NCBI GenBank assembly: GCA_030593295.1
Contig: JAUVHO010000002.1
Coordinates: forward strand, 15,379-79,378
DNA from: Methanomassiliicoccales archaeon
GTDB lineage: Archaea > Thermoplasmatota > Thermoplasmata > RBG-16-68-12 > SOIM01
Reading direction: 5' to 3'
DNA: 64,000 nucleotides
Both the position numbers and the translations under genes were made by a program. Under the pieces are notes generated by a model. The model was not told where the DNA came from. It worked only from the letters and a program-made list of their open reading frames with translations, and searched no databases. This document shows positions 58,260 through 64,000 of this stretch, one piece after another (the stretch's first letter is position 1; the number at the start of each line of letters is the position of its first letter).

Positions 58260-59402
58260 TCATTCTAGAACGTGAATGTTCTTCTCCCTGCACATTTCCT
58301 TGAGGATGTCGGGCCAGACGGTCACACTGACCTCTCCCAGGTGGGCCTTCTTCAGTAGGAGCATGTACGTTCTGGACTGCCCTATTCCGCCGCCTATGCT
58401 CAGGGGTATCTGACCGTTCATTATCGCTTGGTGGTAAGGCAATTCGAGGAAATCCAACTGATTGGACATCTCCAGCTGCATCTTCAGGGTCTCTGGGTTG
58501 ACGCGAACCCCCATTGAAGTGAGTTCGTGCCTGCGCTTGGTGACCGGATTCCAGACCAGGATGTCGCCGTTCAGTCCGTGCATGGGTTTTCCGTCCGCTG
58601 ATACCGTCTCTGTGACCCAGTCGTCGTAATCTGCGGCCCTCATCTCGTGCGGATAACCATCCTTCAGCGTCCAGCCGATACCGATGATGAACACTGCTGG
58701 GTACTCCTGCAAGATAGCTGTCTCTCTCTGCTTCCTGGGCATATCTGGATACATGGCCAGAATATCCTCCGCATGCAAGAAAGTGAGCTTCTCGGGAAGG
58801 CTTGGATACTTGTCCGTCTTCAATTGGGGGAACATCTCCTGCACGTGTGTCTCGGCTCCCTTCAGCACCTTCCAGATCTTCTCCACCACGTCCATCAGAA
58901 GGTCAAGGTTGCGTTGTTCCTTTGTGATCACCATCTCCCAGTCCCACTGATCAACGTATGCGCTGTGGTCGTGGTCCAGGAAGTAGTCCTTGCGCACTGC
59001 TCTCATGTCAGTGAACAGTCCCTCTCCTGGCTTCATGTCGAACTGCTTCAGGGCAATCCGCTTCCATTTGGTGGCCGCTTGGACGATCTCCGCATCTATC
59101 GGATTCTTCTCGTGGTCATTCGATATGTGGAAGCCGATTGGTTTGCGTGAACCATCACGGTCCAGATAGTCGTTGACGCCGCTTCTCACATCCACAATCA
59201 AAGGGACCTCAACGCGAATGAGATTGAGCTCCTTTGACAAGCCCTCCTCTATGTATGTCTTTGCTGCGGAGATAGCGACCTGCGTCTCCTTAGGCGTAAG
59301 CAAGGAAGTGTAATCATTCGGTAGTTTCTTCTCCAGGTCTTCGTAATTGCCGATCCCGGGACCGGCCAGGTCTGCTTTCTTGTCTAGCATCGAGTTCACC
59401 AT
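58260..59402 (-). CDS. asnA: Aspartate--ammonia ligase (asparagine synthetase A)
   Basis: Aligns with E. coli AsnA: WKR..L...GEGLFTDM.A.R.DY, SAYVDQWDWE, RAADYDDWV, GLNGDILVWNP, SMGVRV, GGGIGQSR..MLLL; about 30-aa N-terminal extension. Confidence 0.85.
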   Translation of the reverse strand: MVNSMLDKKADLAGPGIGNYEDLEKKLPNDYTSLLTPKETQVAISAAKTYIEEGLSKELNLIRVEVPLIVDVRSGVNDYLDRDGSRKPIGFHISNDHEKNPIDAEIVQAATKWKRIALKQFDMKPGEGLFTDMRAVRKDYFLDHDHSAYVDQWDWEMVITKEQRNLDLLMDVVEKIWKVLKGAETHVQEMFPQLKTDKYPSLPEKLTFLHAEDILAMYPDMPRKQRETAILQEYPAVFIIGIGWTLKDGYPHEMRAADYDDWVTETVSADGKPMHGLNGDILVWNPVTKRRHELTSMGVRVNPETLKMQLEMSNQLDFLELPYHQAIMNGQIPLSIGGGIGQSRTYMLLLKKAHLGEVSVTVWPDILKEMCREKNIHVLE

Positions 59403-59597
59403 TTTGCCCAGATTCAGATGGGAGTTTCAGTGAACGTTCATTGGATAGAAAAAGGTTTTGCATTGGGCCCTGATTGATGAGCCACATCCGTGGAGTATCT
59501 TAATCGTTTTCTCTGCTCTTAGAACGCACAAAAGAGTTCAGGTCCTTGAAGTACAACCCTGTTCGTATGCATCACCTGTCCGTGCCAAGAAGAATGA

Positions 59598-60389
59598 CTA
59601 CTTCGTTCCGATGAGGAACAGATTGCACGCTGGAGAGGTCCCGGTCTTCCTAATGCTTTTCTTCAGCTCCTCTCCTTCTTTCATAAGACGGGATCGCGTT
59701 TCTGGCTCTTCCAATTCCTCCAAATTGCCAAGATTACGCTCAATCCCCTTGATTGCTTTCTCAATTCCTTCCTCATTCATTGGGTCGCTGCATTCCGACC
59801 ATCTATTGCATAACAAACAGTTGATGGACTGGGTGGAATCGAATATCTCAATATCTGCCAATCCTAGATTCCCAAGAGCATCCTTGATCTCATCCCTTTT
59901 CAGCGTCTTCCCGTGGGGGACCCCCCTCAAGGAATCGACTTCAGCATCCCAGTGGTGGCTGAGTATGCCCGTCCTCTGTGCCTCGGTCTGATCCCCATCG
60001 CAATATGATTCCGTGACGATGAAATGGCCACCTGGTTTCAATACCCGGTTCATTTCCGCCAGCACCTCGTTCAATCTGACCATGTGATGAAGTGAATAGG
60101 ATATGCAGACAGAGTCAAAATGCTCTTTCTCGAACTCCAGTGACTCGGCGTTCATCTCCAGGATCTCCACGGGTTCTTCCTTCAGCTTCTCTCTCGCGGG
60201 CTCAATATTCTCCTCGGAGATGTCGATTCCAACGAAGGATTCGTAGTCCTTCAGGCTCTTCATGAGCGTCTGGATGAACGTTCCGTCCCCCGTGGCGATA
60301 TCTAGAACCTTACCTCCAGAGATCGAACTGAGTCTCTTCGCCGCTCTTTCTGCTTCAGGGTCTGTCAGGTCTTCCGGTGGACTCTTCAT
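59598..60389 (-). CDS. Class I SAM-dependent methyltransferase
   Basis: VLDIATGDGTF motif I and the downstream motif pattern. Confidence 0.8.
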   Translation of the reverse strand: MKSPPEDLTDPEAERAAKRLSSISGGKVLDIATGDGTFIQTLMKSLKDYESFVGIDISEENIEPAREKLKEEPVEILEMNAESLEFEKEHFDSVCISYSLHHMVRLNEVLAEMNRVLKPGGHFIVTESYCDGDQTEAQRTGILSHHWDAEVDSLRGVPHGKTLKRDEIKDALGNLGLADIEIFDSTQSINCLLCNRWSECSDPMNEEGIEKAIKGIERNLGNLEELEEPETRSRLMKEGEELKKSIRKTGTSPACNLFLIGTK

Positions 60390-60497
60390 TCCCTTTCTCC
60401 CGACCCACGAAATCCAATGGAAAGCACTTAAGATGTTTGGTTAGGTCGGTGATCCGTATCGCGTTGAGGCCCATGAATCGTTTCCACAAAAGAATGA

Positions 60498-60773
60498 AGG
60501 GTGCCAGGTCACCGCCGTAAGCCCCCTTCTGTTTTAGCGGCATTTGACTAAGCGTCCTACCATGTTTGGACTTGCTCCGATGGGGAGTCGCCGTCTCACC
60601 AAATCCCGCAACAACGTCCTCGGCAACCGATTCATCCTCGTTGCGGACTGTGTCGTTTCTGCGCCCTTGCCGACCCTCTCGAGCCACCGACTTGCGTCGA
60701 TCCACACTTGAAGTGGAGGGGGGACTTTCCTCAGCGCTAAGCACCGTCAGCCGCCCACGGTCTCCTGGCAACT
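60498..60773 (-). ncRNA. rnpB: RNase P RNA (rnpB)
   Basis: On the minus strand: GAGGAAAGUCCCCCCUCC (P4 5' strand/CR-I), GGAGCAAGUCCAAACAUGG, and ACAGAAGGGGGCUUACGG (CR-V/P4 3' strand). P4 covaries relative to E. coli (CCCCC/GGGGG versus CCGGG/CCCGG). A P1 helix can be drawn between UGCCAGGAGACC and GGUGACCUGGCA. Ends are approximate, plus or minus 15 nt. Confidence 0.75.
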
Positions 60774-60832
60774 AGAAGATAGATTTAGCTATGGTAAATA
60801 GTTTTTGATGTTAGAAGGGGCAGTCAGCCTGA

Positions 60833-61918
60833 CTACTCGATGCCAATTATCTGGGCTATCTTCTGCTGATTCTCCGGATTGGCTTCAAAATATCTCCTGG
60901 ACGGTTCCAGAATCTCGGTCAGCTCTCCCGCGGTCGCAGACTTCAGGTCCGCTGGATGTAGCTCACCTTCAGAGTAGGCATCCGTCAATTCACGGAAGCT
61001 CCCATAGACCACGTCTCCTCCGAACTTCTCTGGCCTTTCCACCTTGAGCTCATCCTTCTTCCTGAAAACTACTATCCTCACAGTTTCCAGAACTGGATTG
61101 TTGTGAACCTCTTTCTCTGGACAGAACGCCTTGTTGATCTTCTTCTCTATGTCCTCTGGCTTATCGTGCAGGAAAATGCATGTCTCTGGCATTGACTTGC
61201 TCATCTTGACATCGGCCGCGTCCATCCTTCCTCCGCCCTGCAGGCTCGGTAGCAATGGAGTGTGTATCGCAACTATCTTCTTCCATCCGAGTTTGGAAGA
61301 AATATCTCTGTACAGCATATGTGCATGGCGCTGGTCCATTCCTCCGTAGGCAACGTCCAGATCCATGTGTGCGATATCGGTAACCTGCATCGCTGGGTAT
61401 ATCATCTTGGAAGCGTCTAGGTCCGCCTCCTCTTCAGTTCTACCCATGATGGACATCGCTCTCCTTATGCGTGCCACAGTGGAGGCCTTGGAAGCCTTCA
61501 ACACCTTCTCCCAGTATGACTTGTCATCCACCAGATCACTGGCGAAAATGAACTCCACCTTCGATTCGTCCACTCCTAGCGACACCAAAGCGTCCTTGAC
61601 ATAGTTGCCGCAGATGTAGATGTTCTCCAGATTACCCTCTAGCTTGTCATTGATGAATGCATGCCAGTCTGCCAGAAGAACTCTCACATCGAAACCAACG
61701 TTGGTAAAATCCTTCAACTTCTCGGAGATGGGTATTCCCTGCCCAATGTGCATCAGACCGGAGGGTTCCAGACCGATGTACGCACGGGGGCTGTCGTTGG
61801 TCTCCAAAAGCGCCTTCAGCTCATCGTTGGTCACTATCTCCTCAGTGCCTTCTTCCAGTATTGAGATCTTGTCCTCCAAATCCATCTGAACCCTCAGTAA
61901 CCTTAACGCTCTTCCCAT
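60833..61918 (-). CDS. tyrS: Tyrosyl-tRNA synthetase (archaeal type)
   Basis: Aligns with M. jannaschii TyrRS: EPSG.MHIGQ, LADWHAF, YPAMQV.DI, GGMDQR, KMSKS, RPEKFGGD, ELHPADLK. Confidence 0.9.
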   Translation of the reverse strand: MGRALRLLRVQMDLEDKISILEEGTEEIVTNDELKALLETNDSPRAYIGLEPSGLMHIGQGIPISEKLKDFTNVGFDVRVLLADWHAFINDKLEGNLENIYICGNYVKDALVSLGVDESKVEFIFASDLVDDKSYWEKVLKASKASTVARIRRAMSIMGRTEEEADLDASKMIYPAMQVTDIAHMDLDVAYGGMDQRHAHMLYRDISSKLGWKKIVAIHTPLLPSLQGGGRMDAADVKMSKSMPETCIFLHDKPEDIEKKINKAFCPEKEVHNNPVLETVRIVVFRKKDELKVERPEKFGGDVVYGSFRELTDAYSEGELHPADLKSATAGELTEILEPSRRYFEANPENQQKIAQIIGIE

Positions 61919-62517
61919 GCCTTCTTTTTGATCTCTGGCGTCTTCTCGTCCCCTTCTCTGATATCGGCGTAGGCAAAGCGAAGTATCTCCATTCCGCTGA
62001 GCTCACCCACGATCTTCTTCTCTTCGTCCACCACTGGAATGTCGTTCAGCTTGCACTCTTCCATCATCTTCAGAGCGTCGAGGAGGGGCGTCTTTGGTTT
62101 GACCGTGATGGGATCGCGCATGAGACTGTCAACGTCCTCTCGGAACAGGTCACCCAGATACTTGACGAAACCCACGACACCAGCACGCCTGGCTCCCAGT
62201 CTTGCGTTGGTCACCCGGAGTATGTCTCGGAATGAGATCATCCCGATCAACTTCTCCTCTTCATCGACCACATACACGTTCCGGCCGCGTGGACGCGTGA
62301 TCAGGGCGGCGACCATCTTCCACACTGGGTCACCCTGTTTGACAACGGAAGGCTCAATGTCATATTTGCTGTAGATGTCCTCCACACGGAGATCCTCAAC
62401 ATTGTGATGCAGCACCATCTCAGGACTTTCTTCACCCATTCTCACACCTTGACGGAGTAGTGAATCTAACGATATTATTGTTTCCCTATTATCATGGGCT
62501 GGGGGAGAACAGACCAA
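61903..62517 (-). CDS. CBS-domain pair protein
   Basis: Two CBS motifs (ISFRDILRV..., VVDEEKKIVGELSGMEILRF). Confidence 0.8.
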   Translation of the reverse strand: MVCSPPAHDNRETIISLDSLLRQGVRMGEESPEMVLHHNVEDLRVEDIYSKYDIEPSVVKQGDPVWKMVAALITRPRGRNVYVVDEEEKLIGMISFRDILRVTNARLGARRAGVVGFVKYLGDLFREDVDSLMRDPITVKPKTPLLDALKMMEECKLNDIPVVDEEKKIVGELSGMEILRFAYADIREGDEKTPEIKKKAWEER

Positions 62518-62551
62518 AGGCTTAACTATCGTAGGAGCCTATTTTGGGCGG

Positions 62552-64000
62552 ATGAAGAGGAGGCGTCGCAGGCGGGGACCGAGGATAGCCACCAAGGTCC
62601 TGGAAGAGGCTCTCGTCGAAAGGGCGAAGAAGCTCAGAGATGATCCAGATATTCTGTTCCCCAAGTGCGAAGGGCACGAGGACCACTTCTTCAAGAACAA
62701 GATCAAGTTCGAAAGGGTCTCCAGATTCAAGGATAACGAGAAGAAGCTGGCGGCTCTGACCAAATGGGGGGACCAGCTGTCAAGAGTCTTCGCCACTTCA
62801 CTACAGATGGCTCTTCGAGAGGAGGTTCCCCGTCTGATGTCCATCGGCCTGGGTGGAAAGGACGTTTCAATCGTTTACAACAAGAAGGCCAGGAAGGAGA
62901 TACTGGTCGGTGTGCAGTACTTCGACGACCCGGACCTCCGGCTTCTGGCATTCGGACGCATCGCCAAGCTGAAACGGCTGCATCTCTACTCCATGAAGGA
63001 TGGGTTCGTGTGCACGGGCAAGGAGGACAAACCTCCGTCCAAGTACGTTGCTGAAGCGATGGCTGCCGCCAAGTGTTCCTTGACCAAGAAAGGACAAAGT
63101 CACATCTGCGTCCACTGCGAGAGGGAAGGCGTTCCGTACCTCAAGATCGCCTGGCTCGCTCCGGAAGTTGAGGTCATGCTATGCCATTCTTGTGCCAAGA
63201 AGGAGAACACTTACATCAACCTGACAAAGAGGTTCCTCTCTCTCGATCCCAAGACCAGCTTCCGAGTCGAGGTTTACCCCAACTTCAAATGCGAATGCGG
63301 GGACGGGTCTACGTTGAATGAGATGACCACCCCGCCCAGAGAAGCCCTGGCCAGATACATGGAGGGAGAGATGGACGACATCGAGTTCATCGATGAACAT
63401 ATGGAATACGTTAGCGAGAACGTCCCCGCCAGTGCTGGAACAGTACTCGCATTGGGCAACAAGTGCTACGGCGACGACACTGAAGCCTTCATCAACGCCC
63501 TGAACCCCTCAAACATCGAGCGAAGAGCCCTGGAATATCTGCTGGAGAATCTGGACGAGAGCATCGTGGTGGAGAACGCCACTCCAAACAAGATACTGAT
63601 GATGTACTGGGACATATACGGCGTGGACATCCTGGAATCGATAGTCGGCGACCAAGACATCGCAGAGAAGGTGTTCGAAAAAGGGCAGTGGAAGAAAGAC
63701 ACTCCGGCCAAAGTGTTGAAGACCGCACAGTCCAAGGCGAAGAAGGACAAGATAGAGTCAGCTCTCCCCAAGTACAGGGATTTGCCACCAGTTGCAGCGT
63801 TCGCGGATCGGATAGTGAGGGCGTACAAGGCCAAGGGCAAGAAGTCTGCGTTGAAGGAGATCAACAAAGCGCAAAGCAGTCCGGACACCAAGATAAAGTC
63901 GGTCAGGTACGCGTTCTTGCTCGCGTTCAGCGCCGCGACGGGGAAGGACTGGCAGTTCACCAAGGAGGAGACTGACTTCGGGGTGTTCCTCAAGGATTAC
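62552..64000 (+). CDS. Cys-containing hypothetical protein, 3' end beyond the window
   Basis: ATG at 62552 (MKRRRRRRGPRIA...), open with no stop to the window edge (more than 480 aa), which is why it is missing from the ORF track. Contains CxHC...CHSC and CECGDG motifs. Confidence 0.5.
   Translation, partial: MKRRRRRRGPRIATKVLEEALVERAKKLRDDPDILFPKCEGHEDHFFKNKIKFERVSRFKDNEKKLAALTKWGDQLSRVFATSLQMALREEVPRLMSIGLGGKDVSIVYNKKARKEILVGVQYFDDPDLRLLAFGRIAKLKRLHLYSMKDGFVCTGKEDKPPSKYVAEAMAAAKCSLTKKGQSHICVHCEREGVPYLKIAWLAPEVEVMLCHSCAKKENTYINLTKRFLSLDPKTSFRVEVYPNFKCECGDGSTLNEMTTPPREALARYMEGEMDDIEFIDEHMEYVSENVPASAGTVLALGNKCYGDDTEAFINALNPSNIERRALEYLLENLDESIVVENATPNKILMMYWDIYGVDILESIVGDQDIAEKVFEKGQWKKDTPAKVLKTAQSKAKKDKIESALPKYRDLPPVAAFADRIVRAYKAKGKKSALKEINKAQSSPDTKIKSVRYAFLLAFSAATGKDWQFTKEETDFGVFLKDY

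Noticed and set aside
1-64000. CRISPR arrays, transposases, integrases, and direct-repeat-flanked islands at the three tRNA-Arg genes
   Set aside because: I saw no regular short repeat-spacer periodicity, no DDE or tyrosine-recombinase-like ORFs, and no obvious duplicated tRNA 3' fragments. The accessory-looking segment at 44.8-48.5 kb is therefore not called a mobile element.

Overview
This 64 kb window looks like core chromosome of an archaeon. The evidence is an A1A0 ATPase operon in the archaeal gene order, a split lipoate-protein ligase of the kind known from Thermoplasma, tRNAs with archaeal features, oligo-T terminators, and a GC content I estimate by eye at about 55-58%. I have not placed it to species; a Thermoplasmata-like lineage is an inference only.

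Reading left to right, with '-' meaning the minus strand:
- A complete ATPase operon on '-' (subunits H, I, K, E, C, F, A, B, D), then hemD and an Lrp/AsnC regulator.
- A full [NiFe]-hydrogenase maturation set (hypB, hypF, hypC, hypA, hypD on '+', hypE convergent on '-').
- A PAC2-like gene, an SDR, and an MBL hydrolase.
- A tightly overlapping four-gene '-' operon: split LplA (N-terminal catalytic gene plus C-terminal LplB-like gene) and two radical-SAM genes that I read as LipS1/LipS2-type lipoyl synthase candidates.
- A 1303-aa FG-GAP surface protein, an HD hydrolase, a LarA-like protein, an IleRS-like synthetase, and a glycosylation cluster (epimerase, GT-C-like membrane protein, DPM-like GT2, flippase-like protein).
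- A small zinc-ribbon ORF below the track cutoff, and a B12-binding radical-SAM enzyme among membrane proteins.
- An aspartate-type aminotransferase, then argS flanked on both sides by tRNA-Arg genes and followed by a SpeA-type arginine decarboxylase.
- A membrane nuclease, a RibD-C-like reductase, and a Cys-rich repeat protein paired with an SMI1/KNR4 (SUKH) protein next to a third tRNA-Arg.
- RNase J, an 839-aa CARDB surface protein, a universal stress protein, and a frameshifted ArsB/NhaD-type permease.
- asnA, a SAM methyltransferase, an RNase P RNA that the ORF track does not show, tyrS, a CBS protein, and a 3'-truncated Cys-rich ORF.

I saw no CRISPR array, transposase or integrase.
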